64,000 bases of DNA, from NCBI GenBank assembly GCA_030167865.1, contig JALAGF010003400.1:1-64000 (forward strand), given 5' to 3'. This stretch comes from Craspedostauros australis. Its lineage: Eukaryota. How positions within the stretch are numbered: the first letter of the stretch is position 1; every line of letters starts with the position of its first letter. The notes under the pieces are model-generated. The model did no database searches. It saw only the letters and a program-made list of their open reading frames with translations, and was not told the origin of the DNA. Of this stretch, positions 33,201 to 44,000 are shown in pieces. The position numbers were made by a program, and so were the translations under genes.

Positions 33201-34634
33201 CATGTTTGTGCCGACAGCAGCGTCCATGGGAACTTCAGCTGCGCTCTCCGCCACTTCATTGGCGTTGCTGTTGGCAGGTTCGTCTTCAGATGGCGTGTCC
33301 ACTGCCTGCGTTGTCGTTTCGGGCATCGCGGGCTCCAAGCTTGCGAAGGCATCAGACACAGACATGGTATTCAACGACGTTGGCATTGGCAAGGCGGACG
33401 CGGCGTCAATTGGTAACTCCACCATGGTCGGTCCGATCTCTGCTGCCGATGTCGTTTGTGGTGCCGAATCGAAGCTGCCGAAATCATCATCTTCGACGAC
33501 TGCCGGAGTGCCGGTGGCTGCAGCTGGTGTGGCTTCCTGTGTATGTGCGGAGTCAAAGTCCCCGAAATCATTTTCCACTGCAGCGGGAAGCTGGCTGGCG
33601 ATTGGAATGCTTGGAGTTTGCGCTTGCGTTTGCGGTGCCGAGTCGAAGCTTCCGAAACCGTCGTCCTGATTGCTGCTGACATTGGCAGCAGTCAGTGTTG
33701 AGAGTGCCGGTGCGTTGTTCATCATCGGTGAGGCCATCTGTTGCATGGCCATAGTCATATTCATGGCCATGTTTGCATCGGGGGAGAATGGAGTTGACGT
33801 CGTTTGTTGCTGTTGTTGTCGTTGCTGCTGCTGCACCTGTTGCATTGCATTCATCATCATAATCATCATGTTCGGATCGAATTGATTGGGGTCAGCCGCG
33901 TTATTCACCATTCCATTCATGCTGTTGCTTGCGATCATGCCGTTCATGTCCATACCCATGTTGGAATTCATGTTGCTGGTGGCGCCCATGCCAATTGATG
34001 AAGTTTTGTTGTCGCGAAGAGGCGTTGCCGCCATTGCGATTTGTGAAGCAAAGTTGCTCATTGGGGTCAACGCGGGTGCGTTGTTCGATTTGGACTGCGG
34101 CGTCGCGAAGGAGCTGCTACTGCCGTTGGCAATGATATTTGCATTCATGTTCGCGTTTGTGGAGTTCCCCATGCCGTAACCATTCGCCATTCCATTGACA
34201 TGGCCATTGACACCAGCACCAAAGGTGGAGCTGGAACCCAAGTCACTGCCTCCAGTTCCTTCCTCCTCTGGTGCCTCCCAATTATTCTTGAGGACGTCTC
34301 GGTGCTTTTGCAGTTGCTTGGAGAAGCCGCCGGATTGCAAGACCTGCTTGCGACGTTGCTTCATTTGTTCCGCAAAAAAGCCCGTTCCGCTCCCCTCCTC
34401 TTCTTCATCGTCGTCGTCGTCGTCGTCCTCTTCGTCTTCGACCTTCATTCCTGCGGTCGTGTTGGCCAGATTGCCTGGAGCAAAGAGGTCGGATATGGTG
34501 TCGGCACGTGAAGTGATGCCATTCGCGTTTTGACTTGCAAGGCCGGTCGAGGGTGTTGGATTTGCAGCAGCAGAGAACGATCCAAACTCCTCCTCATCAT
34601 TGGCGGTCGCCACATTAGCGAAGAGATCTTCCAT
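27222..34634 (-). CDS. 2470-aa acidic, disordered protein with about 40 FGxF (mostly DDFGDF/DAFGAF) and several DPF motifs; aftiphilin/gamma-synergin-like clathrin-adaptor accessory candidate
   Basis: Single uninterrupted 7.4-kb ORF; motifs counted by eye in the translation; no globular domain recognised. Confidence 0.75.
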   Translation of the reverse strand: MEDLFANVATANDEEEFGSFSAAANPTPSTGLASQNANGITSRADTISDLFAPGNLANTTAGMKVEDEEDDDDDDDEEEEGSGTGFFAEQMKQRRKQVLQSGGFSKQLQKHRDVLKNNWEAPEEEGTGGSDLGSSSTFGAGVNGHVNGMANGYGMGNSTNANMNANIIANGSSSSFATPQSKSNNAPALTPMSNFASQIAMAATPLRDNKTSSIGMGATSNMNSNMGMDMNGMIASNSMNGMVNNAADPNQFDPNMMIMMMNAMQQVQQQQRQQQQQTTSTPFSPDANMAMNMTMAMQQMASPMMNNAPALSTLTAANVSSNQDDGFGSFDSAPQTQAQTPSIPIASQLPAAVENDFGDFDSAHTQEATPAAATGTPAVVEDDDFGSFDSAPQTTSAAEIGPTMVELPIDAASALPMPTSLNTMSVSDAFASLEPAMPETTTQAVDTPSEDEPANSNANEVAESAAEVPMDAAVGTNMNMGGDATMMQQPMDTENMSEETRNMMMAAVQMAMQMSNNPSIGSMDIATSGAQMPFSPQPTPFADSTKKSTSSNDEDDEDFGTFEDAVQSTHTSTPSEAISSMFAPEPTDAMDADDTDEFGDFEDATQTLNGPSAESQPTGDTDEDAFGAFDDLQPPSALSTLTGPTIVAIPSLDATAQGADDDAFGAFEDAPGTASRSEAASKDEEGDSDGFGAFEDAANDGESTDDFGAFEDANATTPDATNALSRSTSGSAEFDDPFAGLPVPNNDVSALAEPALSGAAEPAAMTTANINSSTMQPMKVDNTQPQGTGNDDDDDDDFGDFDEAMPSGDLTQQPGPTTMVANIPQATNENGGGEEAEEEEEDDPFAGIGPDSSATPLPATMGLSSAMQVPAPPAIDMATIMEPSSLMMTTADELLASGNPIADHTANGMNANDEDGDFGDFDSAPPSMEMNSGQETAQEAAPDDDAFGDFEDVTPANATDTFGSNDQAAVPAAQSSTFELPSPTAFKPASVGPALSNAVANPADAISSMMFGSAADQPMAPVDAQLNGGSILSMTNAQTTSMEIAPTNRNGSDANNNGQEDDDDFGDFEAATADAKASGDVPIDQKPQTFGVAAVADGTMPTSDAATDAFSAFDAIAPPVKTVMSVGANIDQSPPIDDDDGFGDFEDAMQDTTPTPEQETAQSSIIRNGGASDDDDEEFGDFEDTQQQQQQEPPSAMEMTTNMNAGADADEDADAFGAFDDGAAPEMQSGPSTAAATQPSESQDFDDPFSGLPQAPAPTLMPDAPTETTSNDLFADSSSPDEANAEGDGIAAGTSAPPNPRSEVSANVSQAPENETTAEQDASDPFSHFDSLAPPAPVLGETLESMMNGAEDLATPVAAATLPVGGDVDGGEDEEFGDFSDPAGVVAPTETPISTISDTTVIQPVGHNNEGENDDDEDFGDFSGVAPTTDTTTAAGATANADTNTNMSGGEMDLTPTALNGLVGDAAVTADVNPNVPTTDDVDLFNAASLSRSDPAQGMTPPQQPSTDLFGFSDTPVVTSTSDAAGGALGVAHTQVILPEPVATTAAADEDDPFGAFDAISQDPAGLAQPSQEPTLTMKSTETEATDDFGDFGAAPSAESNINSTALASGDIAQAKAVPESAADNGNDMRFGDFGSAEAEERTTQPPGADTTGNDVFDAFAGAVAVQAHDADAALASKDNADDDDFGNFDGPTTTESQPAEDSGADFGDFGGASQAENAKGEEMEATPDAFGAFDVIAPAPPSVETQPVAAGSSEDFDAFGAFDSVAPVPSSEGPAITIDVLEPASDNDAFGAFDSIPSSDVPQPNESEAVPKADGDNNNDGAPNTAAPPTEDIDDSFGDFGTTAVPADAPDSKVGEAAVSTSPDAEQQQSPEQQDLFGAFESNNTATPSPSSADGNTATLIPNDDFGDFEDAEKNNNGSTAAGQDDANPSMATDDDTFGDFTANNSAIATTGESKEVAAMDTPKPNEDGDKEADFGDFGGFEAANAGADTPETFHQETVEEAAPKKDTANDHDVGDDFGNFDTPEMNGHAAPKDTDQANVSADCDDFGDFGGFESAQDDQSGSAAAQAADSVNEPKEEDDGADFGDFGTAAASAEVADEPKTEALAMDATNAENDDDDDFGDFGDFDSAPASQAAENTQASAAAAATSDGTAPIPSAPADLSDDFGAFDDDFGDFDSADPDAGAAAHTNTQGDDAGAAPTSGQASADVEDGDDHDFGDFGDFDAAPTAAEAQPPAEQQKIVSASPADDGDDDGFGDFDSAANATKPPAAAEATPQQASATSVAAAVTSSDGNDDDDDGFGDFSSNDANAFETEIQQPQATQYFLKDDAHYGRAAAFLSRLAELPPTKISSSADADADVTVNAKPLSSFVAPPDAGANTNTNSTTKSNQGESSILDIISSLHKSKQKKTSKSFYNKASGGYSHFSSPLPAQAEGAPLPNKKLSRRRSSAQMRMPNVPDVLPIELPASTAR

Positions 34635-36405
34635 GGTTCGTCAGGCAATCGCAACCAAGCGGAGTATTCGAGTTTATGAGGAAAGACCTTGGCAGGTGCA
34701 AGGCTCAGATGGCTGGTCGCAATTCGACGTTGATTTTCTGTGCCAAGGCGGATGGAGCCGCCAACAAGGCCAGATGAGTAAAACTGAGCTGAGCTGATGG
34801 GGGCGCGACGCCTTGATTGATGCTCACTGGTGCTGCTGCCCGCTCGTGAAGATCGAATGGCTGCGGAGGATGAGATGGACGCCGCAGATGCGGTTCCAAC
34901 GGACGCTCGTCTGTGAAGCTGCTCGGAAAGTCAGCCAGCGAGCCCAACGCAGAGGCGGGAGTCGATGGTGAACGTTGCCGTTGAAGTTGCCGTGGCGGTG
35001 ATAGCAATACTCCGTGCTGTCGACGAATGACCCTGCAAGTAGAGAGAGGGCTCGTATTGACAGCAAGTATTCCGTGCCGACGCCAAGATGGGTGGCAATG
35101 ACCGGTGTTTCGTCGTGCCAATGACACCCAGGCCAAGTCGACAGCCGCCGTCAAGGGATGTCCAGAACAAGCTGCTTCGAGTGCGATGTCCCTATCGCCC
35201 TTCTTCCTTTCCAACAATGCGCCTTGCTCAACTCTCAGATGAGTGTCGAGTATGTATTTATGTATTTGCGTGTGCGTGCGTTTGTTGCAACCAGTTGGTT
35301 GGTTGGTCGATTGATTTTTTGAATGCCCTCAGTCTTCTCTCTCTCTGTGACGACGCGACTTGTCCCTCCTGTGCAGTCGATGTGAGGTCCACCTCGTGAT
35401 TGTGTGGCTTCCGCTCTGCGTGTGCCAGTGTTGCGCGCAGCCGTTGTTCGCCGTGTCATTTTCAACTTGTTGTTGCGTCATTTGTGTTTCGTCTTCTCGA
35501 TGTAAGCAGAAAATGATCAATTTCCTTTCTTTTTGAAGTATCAGCTGATTTATGACACTTTATTCGACCTTTCGGATATTGTTGATGTGTTAAAATCGAC
35601 TCGCTAGACCAATTTCGTGGGTGATTGAATTCCGTAAATCGTATGAGTCCACTGCGAACTCCCAGGAATGTCCAAGAATACGTGTCTGAACCAATCAAAC
35701 CCTCTCACACAATTGAATTGAATCCCGGAAGAGAAAACTGACACAATTCGTGTCACAAAAACGCAAGAAGTTCCAACCACTTCTCATCTCATCTCTTCAC
35801 CTGTGTTGTGCCAAGATAGACCTCAAGGGCACGACAACAGAATGGCAAGTGCAGACCTCCCCAACAGGCATGCGTACGGCAGAAGAGAAGAGAGGCGAGA
35901 GACGAGGGCAATGCATGAGGGGTATCCGGAGGAGGTTCCCAAACATGACATGCTCTCCAATTCCTTTGTATCTGCCCACAAGCCAAGTCCAAACACAAGC
36001 CAAGCCTGCGACAAGTACCAGTCCAGTCATTCGGTGCAGAACAAATAGAACAGCAGACCATCCCATACGTGCGCCACACTCTACTTCGTGGCCACGTGTT
36101 TGGAAGCGTTCTGGAGTGAGACCGCCCATTCGCTTGCTCTTGCCATCATCGCAGCAACCGACTTCGACGTTGACAAAGGAGATATTCGCGAGTTCAAAGG
36201 TCGCTGTGTCTCATTACATTCCTTGTCGATGGATCTTCGTGCTGGTGCTATCATACTATCGCAGTGCAGTCAATTCCTGATCCATTCGCATGGAACGACA
36301 CCAAGTGAGATAGGCAAGACACACAAAGAGAGAGAGAGGGAGAGAGAGAGATCTGCAAAAAAGGCGCTGCTCAGATCGCGACGTGCGCAACCAGAAGACC
36401 CGCAG

Positions 36406-38290
36406 ATGGTTCCCAATCCCGACAGAAGTCGGTGGCACCAAGCCAACCACAGCCATCGTGGACATCACGGCTATCGCCGCTCTCGGAGTGATCGCTTCAC
36501 CTGGCCAAGTGCAATCGGGAGCAAATACGACGATGAACATATCGATGCGCAGATCTCCGCACCACCAAAGCCAGTACAAACACTATCCTTGAAGCAAGAG
36601 AAAGGCTGGATGCCCCATGCCTGCAAGCTGAACGTACTTGGACATTCCCCCCAAGTCAACACGAGCGCATCGTTCGCGTCGCGCTCGTCATCGACATCTG
36701 CATTCACATCCAAGACTTGCTGGGAGGCGCTCGAAGATGTGGCATCGTCAAAGTGCGCGCAAGGGAGCGAGCCAGCATCTCCCTCTCCGTCGATATCGTC
36801 ATCATTTTCATTGTTGTCAGCAACGGCAACCAGTCCGTCGATTTCGTTCTCACCGTGCACCTCTGCCACAAACGACGATGGAATACCACAGGTTGAGCAG
36901 GGACATCTCACACATTCCATGCGTCGCGATCCAACGCCCACTACAACGGCACCAGACAACATGGTAGCTCCCGTACAGGTCACCGCATGGGCGGGCATTG
37001 CGAAGGCGTTGCGGTCCAGTATTGGAGAAAGACAGGTTCGGTCCGATAAAACGGACGACAACTGCTGCACGCCGGCAGATGTTTCGAACGACCCAGCACA
37101 ACCTGATACTGCGGCCTCGCCAAGCCATGTGGACAAATCAGACTGTGACCACGTCGGCTGCAACAACGCCAATACAAGCGGCAGCATCGACAGGGTTCCT
37201 TCCGCGGCGCCATCGCAAACGTACCAACGCGATGAATACGTATTTGCGACACCGCCGGTCGAAGACACGAACGACGAAGAAGAGAAGCAAAGGCGCCGCC
37301 TTGCATTGGCGAAGGAGCAGCAAGAGATGATCTTGAAGCAAGTCATGAAATCGCGCCAGCTCTGTCAACCACCCGCCAAGTCAAACTCCCGTCCTTGCCG
37401 TGCCCGCCAGCGCAATAACCAGAAGGTTGGTGATCAGAAGTACCAAATCCTACAGTCCCACAATCCCTGCCAAACCTCGAGACAGAAAAACGAGGGTGGC
37501 CGGGCGAAGCAGAATTCTGCAACATCGTCAATGGCTCTCACATTCGCATCGAAACCTTCGCAGAAGCATACGCTGGTGGCTCCGTCAACGCAACCACCAC
37601 CAACGCCGCCATCCCCCGGACATAACGAAAGACAGCAAGGAAGAGCAAGTCCGAAACATCGAGGAAAGAAGCAAGGTACGCAATACCGATCGCCCATGCG
37701 TCGTGCCGTGTTGTTTGCGATCGAGTGGCGTGATGAGCGTGAGCATCAGCTTGATGTACATGCGCAGGCGCTTGCACATGAAAATCGCAAGTGACAGTTG
37801 CAGTAGTCTCCTTCTCAATCATCGTATTGCGCATTTGCATGCTGCGGAAATGCTTTCACTGACAAGTTCAAAAATGGATTTGGCCAACCTGCCGTTCGAT
37901 TCAAGCGCTACTGTGCACTCTCCCATTGCTCCAGCAACACACATTCGCAAGCAAGATGGACAACAAGCAAAGTGTGGACAATCAAATCAGTCAGTCAATA
38001 ATGTGCGCGTATCCCGAAGAAGGTCCAAGCAGAGGAGCGAAGATCAACACAAGCCAGTCCAAAGCTCCACACTGCTCAAAGCAAACAGTGAGGATGCGCC
38101 AAGACGGCATCGCAAACCGCGAAAGCCACAATCGAAGGTGCCTGGTGCTGCGTGCAACTCAGACGAGCCGAATGACAAAGCGGGATCCAAAGCCTCCAAG
38201 CCGCGTGCCCCTGCTCGTAAACTCACCAAACCAAAGAGGCCATACAAACCTGCAGGCAAAGGGAAGGGAGGCCACCGCAATTCCGAATGA
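36406..38290 (+). CDS. Hypothetical low-complexity S/P/K-rich protein; tentative exons 36406-37675 and 37935-38290; start uncertain
   Basis: Long ORF 36088-37794 and ORF 37400-38290 can be joined in frame by gtacgc (37676) ... ctccag (37934). No recognisable domain. Confidence 0.4.
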
Positions 38291-39136
38291 TCTCCTGGCA
38301 ACCCCGGAGCTGCGTGTCAGCCATTGTGGACAGAACTCGAGTTGCATGAAGCGATGCAATCGTGCTGCAGCACGGTTGCAGACGAACGTCATCATGTATA
38401 ATATAGCGGTAGTATTATAGCACAGAGTAGTTGTATGTGTATGTTTGTATGGCAGGGGTGTGTCTGTATCAACTTGATTGCTTCCTGACAACTAGTATTA
38501 CTCCTTGCAAGCTACTCGTAACATCATTTGCAGACGGGCTACCAAACCTCTGTTCTTCGCAGGTCTGCGAATGCCTCGACAAGCTTCCTCCTTTTCGTTT
38601 CTTCCTTCTGGGTCTGCAAGTACGTAGGCGGTACGAAAGTAACTCCAGCGCGTAAACCACCAAGCGATCCGCGAACAAAGGCCGAAAGACCAGCAAACAG
38701 GAACCGTATTCCACAAAAGATGGTGTCCAAGCTCCTGCTTCCTGTAAGCTGATCGGTTGCTCCATGATCTCCAATCAACTCCAGAATGAAGTCTGCGAAG
38801 ATCTCGCTCGCCATCCCATCATCTATTCAGTGCATCATCGATGACACAAAGAGAACGTCGGATGTCGTACCTTCGCGCTACAGGATGTGTTTCTTCTTTC
38901 CTGTTTTCATCCTCCGTTTGGCCCTCTTCATGTCGGTTGCTCCAGATCCACGGAATTTCGCTCCGCCGTCACTTACGAATGGTCTTGCGCGCTTCGACTG
39001 CTCTCCGTGCAGCGCAATAGAACAGAGTATAGTATCGTAAGGCGTAGCACTGCGGCACTGCAGCTTCGCAGTATGGCAGAAGCATCAGTCTATCATTCAC
39101 CACCACCACCATCTCTCTCCCAATCCCAATACCCTC

Positions 39137-39577
39137 CTAACGGTATCGGAAAGTAATACGACCGCGCGTCAAATCATAGGGACTCAGCTCGATGAGGACG
39201 CGGTCTCCCACCAGGATTTTGACGTAATTCTTGCGGATCTTTCCGCTGATCGTCGCCAGAATGGGTGGCTGAGTCTCCGGCGCACCTTCCATCTGGCAAC
39301 GGAACATTGCGTTGGGAAGACTGTCGATGACGACTGCATCGATCTCAATGACATCGTCCTTGGGCTTGCGCACACGGTTGGCATTGGTGGCAGCACCCTT
39401 GCGAGCATTGCCCTGGGCGCGGGCGGCCTTCTTGCCGAAGAGGGCTGTGGTGGATGGAGCCGCCGCCGTTGCTGCTGATACTCCGGCTGCTGTTCTTGTG
39501 GATGGCATCACGGTGAATGCGCTGGACAAGCTGACGAGCAGCGCGCACATGAGCGAGATGAGGGTCAGTCGGTTCAT
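39137..39577 (-). CDS. infA: Nucleus-encoded, plastid-targeted translation initiation factor IF-1
   Basis: [21 protein letters not shown]...[37 protein letters not shown] is IF-1. It is preceded by a signal peptide ending in an ASAFAP-like SSA-FTV and an A/T/K-rich transit peptide. Confidence 0.96.
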   Translation of the reverse strand: MNRLTLISLMCALLVSLSSAFTVMPSTRTAAGVSAATAAAPSTTALFGKKAARAQGNARKGAATNANRVRKPKDDVIEIDAVVIDSLPNAMFRCQMEGAPETQPPILATISGKIRKNYVKILVGDRVLIELSPYDLTRGRITFRYR

Positions 39578-40391
39578 TTTTAGCTGTCTTTATTGAGGGT
39601 ACTGTACGTGATACTACTCTACTGCAATGCTATTGCCTTGCCTTGATGTATTTGATGTGTTTGATGCACTTGATGTGTTTGATGGGATTGGTGGGATCGA
39701 TGGGCTTGATGTGGAGGGTGTCTTTGGACTCGTATAATGGTTGTATTCTGTAAGGGCGCTGTTGGTGCAGAGTATGAGCAGAGGTGTTGTTGAAGACAGA
39801 GATCGAGGGAATGGGACGGAGGTGGTTTGTGTGGGTGTCAGAAGAGAAAGGGACAATCCATCAACTCTTTGGCCGACGATTTTGTCCCATTTCGTCATTT
39901 CGCACGTTGTGGGTGGTCCACATTGGATGCGTGTTTGCGTGTGGTGTTCTGTCGCGTTGTTGTTGTTCCCTTTCGTTGATGTGGTGTGTTGTTGCTTGGC
40001 GAAGACTGACGACAGTTCGGGCGATGCAAGACGTAACGTGACTCATAAAATCGGGACTTGAAGAATCCGCATCAACGCGACTCCGTCCCATTTTTCTGCT
40101 CAATTTCGCGTGTCTCCGTTCCTCTCTCTCTTGGACGTCGCTCGTACGTGCTCATTGCTTGCGGCGTGTCGGGCAACGATGATGACAACGAGTGCAAGAC
40201 ACAGTTCGAAGAAGAAGAGGAGGAAGCTGAGTGGCGATGAATGCTGCAGCTGCTAGTTCCATCGCTGCCACAGTTGATGGGTCGACGAGTGGCCTGATCT
40301 ATGTGATCTCGTCAGTGGCGTGTGTGATGTCTTCAGTCCTTGCCGCGCACAGATGATGCATCATCGGCGGAGAATGACATCTGATCGGCAC

Positions 40392-40432
40392 CACACACAC
40401 ACACACACTCTCTCTCTCTCTCTCTGTGTGTG
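40392..40432. repeat. Compound microsatellite (CA)n(TC)n(TG)n
   Basis: Read directly. Confidence 0.85.
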
Positions 40433-41015
40433 TCTGGAGACGTCTCTTCTGCGAGAGCATATTGGGAGTACACAGAAGCAACAGCGCGATTACCAAATCA
40501 AGCTGATATTTGGTTAAATGGTGTGTGGTTTACTATGTATGATTTTACTTGTACATATAGAGCATGGTAGTTTGGAGCAACTCGCAGAGCATCGTGGTGT
40601 GAACTCTTGACAATGACACTGGTGATGACGATGATCCGGTGGGATCATTCGCATTCATCATGCCACCTGTGTGCTTTGACAAGAGTTCACACCACGATGC
40701 GTTGCCCCAAATGGTGTTTCTCTTGTTGCTCGTTGTATGGCAGATTGCCATGCCATAGCATATTGCTTTGGTTCAATGTTGTTGTGCTTTGCATTCGTTG
40801 ATTGTTGATTGTTGTCGTCGCTGTCTGGTTGTTTGGTTTGGAAGTAAAGGGGATACATCAATGTTGTGGGCCATGAAGCCGCGACAGCACAGATGGAATG
40901 ATCCCCGTCAACGATCGAGGATCGACCATTGTGCGTTCGCGTCTGTTGCCATTGCCACGCAACCAGGCAGACCTCTTGGGAATTCTGTATGGTCCTCGTG
41001 CGCATATGTGAGGAT

Positions 41016-44000
41016 CTATGCGCATGCCGATGCATTTGGCGCCGTGCAGTCCGTGCTTGCGTCCGTGATGGTGTATGTCTCCAAAAAGTTCATGGAGCAC
41101 ATGTCTTGGGCGACGCACATTGCACATGGAGTCGCAGCGACACAGATGCCATCAGCCACGACGAGATCGTTGCGAGCGTTGTCACTGTTGGCAAGACCAT
41201 CACAGCTGCCCATTCCCATGCACGAGCCAGTTCCCACCAGCAGGTCCCCAACCGTCTTCCCGTCTCCTCTGTGTGCGTTTCTGCATGCCATGTTTCCCTG
41301 GCAAGCGTTAACTCCAATGATAATATCAGCCTGCTGCGGGCTCACCACGGCGGTTGGTTGATTGGATCGTGCTCCAAGCATCAGGCATCCGTCGATACCA
41401 TTGCAGCCGCTGTTTTGGATACGGAAGGTACCATAGATATTCACTCCCGCGCCCATGCAACTGTTGACGTTGGTGCATGCGGCTGGTCCGATAACCTTGG
41501 GTCCAAGAGAGGCGAGCATGTTGGGCTGGTCTGGCGTGAAGGAACCCAAGTTTTCGCATGAGTTGGCCTCAAGGCAGCTGCCGAGGATGATGGCATTTGG
41601 GGCGAGGTTGGCGCAGGAGGATCCACCGGCGCATGAACCTGGTGACATGGTGATGACCTCTCCTGCCTGGGTGGTGCAGTCCGTGCCTGGGGTGGCGCAA
41701 CATGCCTCGCCGGTGCATGCCGTGGTAAAATCGTTTGCTGTGAAGAGCTCACCACCGGACGAGACGGCCGTGAAAAGAGCGGCGGTAATCTCTGGGTCGT
41801 TCTTGATCGCGTCGAAGCGCAACTGTGGGATGTCTACTGTGGCGATTGGCGCGAGCGTCGAGTCGCACCCAAAGATGCTCTGGAGCATGTTGGCTTGTGG
41901 TGCGGTGAGAGAATTGATGTTGTTGATAAAGTCCGTGCATGTGCCGACATCGTCGTCGCAGAGAACTTCCACCGGTGTTGGGGCAGTGGTGAACGTTCCC
42001 ATGTTTCCTGGAGGATTGAGACATCCCACTTGCAGTCTGGACTTGTTGATAGTCGGTGCGTCGGTAGGATTGACAGTTGGACCCTGGGATGGAAGCTTGG
42101 ATGGGAAGTTGGATGGGCTGATAGAAGGCAGGACGCTTGGAATATCGGATGGCGACGCGCTCGGAGTGGTTGTTGGACCAAGGGATGGCATTTCAGATGG
42201 AAGAACGGATGGGACCCCACTCGCAAGCGGAGTCGGGGCGAACGTTGGGCAATCGGTTGGTTGGGTGTTCTTGTTCGCGCAGAAGGAGTTCACGATGATA
42301 CTTGTTGGGTTGTCCCCCGAATCTTTGGGGCAGGCGAGGGTTGAATCGCTGATCACATAGACTTCGTCTCCGGCACAGTTTCCGATTTGCGCGCACTGTG
42401 TGCAGCTGGTGGCAATGAGACACGTGAGTGGTGGAATGACAACGTCCGTGTTCATGGTGTTACTGAATCCCAACTCGAAGCAGGAGCCGCCGGCGGTGCA
42501 CGATCCGTCTCCGATGATCAGGCTTCCCATTTGTTTTCCTCCGGTCCCTGGTGGCATGACCACTGATGCATGGGCAAATTGGCAGGCGCTGGCTCCAGTA
42601 CAAGAATTGGCGCCAATGTCCACGTTGTTTTGGACTCTGATGAAAGTGGTCTGGGGAATGCGCGAGGCGGCGTCAGCGCATGCGTTGGGTCCAAGGCAGG
42701 CACCATTCTGGACCGTCAAGTCTCCGTAGGTGAACGAAGCGAGATTCGTGCAGGAATCTTCACTGGTGCAAGACACTTGTCCGATGAATGTGACTCCTGC
42801 GATCACTGGGACTGCGTCATTCTGGTTGGCGTTGAGGCAGGCGTCATCGCCCGTGCAGGAGGAGTCGAGAATGAGAGGATTGGGTCCCATGTTGGCGCAC
42901 GGAGTGGTTCCAGTGCAGGCACTCAGAGCAATCGTCATGTACTGAGGAGTGGTGGACGAAGTGGTGCAGTCGGCGGCAGCCGCACAGCACGAGCCAGCGC
43001 ATGCAGCCATGATATCTGCTCCCTCCAAGGCCGTGACGAGCTCTGTCCCGGCGTCGGCCAAAAGTGTGAGCTCTTCCGCAAGCATGGGATTGCTCGCGTA
43101 TCTGTTGAACAGTACGCGGGCAGCTCCCTCGGACAAGTCACCGGCGCATCCGAAGAAGGTCTGGAGGTCGGTGTCCCTGCGGACAGCAGCGACAGTCTCT
43201 CGGCACGAGGCCTTCTCGGCGTTGCAGAAGACGGTTCTGAAGTCGGTATTTGCTGGTGTTCCAGAATCTGGGAGGCAGGTAACGAGGATGGTAGAGTCGA
43301 ATTGGGTTGGCGCGGCGGTTGGGTTGCTAGTGGGCAGTGCGGTTGGATTTGAGGTTGGCAGCGCGGTTGGATTGCTGGTTGGTGCGGACGTCGGCGCGGT
43401 AACCGGGGCAGCGGTTGGTGCGGATGTTGGTGCGGCCGTCGGCGCGGAAGTTGGTGCGGATGTCGGTGCAGAGGTCGGTGCCGAAGTCGGAGCAGAGGTC
43501 GGTGCGGAAGTTGGTGCAGAGGTCGGTGCCGAGGTGGGTGCAGAGGTCGGTGCGGAAGTTGGTGCGGAAGTCGGTGCCGAGGTGGGTGCGGAGGTTGGTG
43601 CAGAAGTCGGCGCGGAAGTCGGTGCTGAGGTGGGTGCAGCGGTCGGCGCAGTGGGGGCACTGGTCGGGGCAGCGGTTGGTGCTGTTGGGGCACTGGTTGG
43701 GGCTGATGTTGGTGCGGAAGTTGGAGCGGATGTCGGGGCCGATGTCGGGGCTGAGGTTGGTGCGGATGTTGGTGCGGAAGTTGGAGCGGATGTCGGGGCT
43801 GAGGTTGGGGCTGAGGTTGGCGCGGAAGTTGGGGAGCGGGTCGGGGCAGACGTGGGGAAGGAGGTAGGTCTTGCGGTAGGGGCGGAAGTAGGGGCCGCAG
43901 TAGGGGCGGTTGGCACGGAAGTCGGGGTGCTGGTCGGAATGCTGGTCACGTCCATCTTGCCGCTCTTCGCCATCTTGCTTTCACTCATGCTTGACTCCTT

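Noticed and set aside
38469-38814. Short minus-strand ORFs between the hypothetical gene and infA
   Set aside because: No motif or splice support; cannot be distinguished from UTR sequence.
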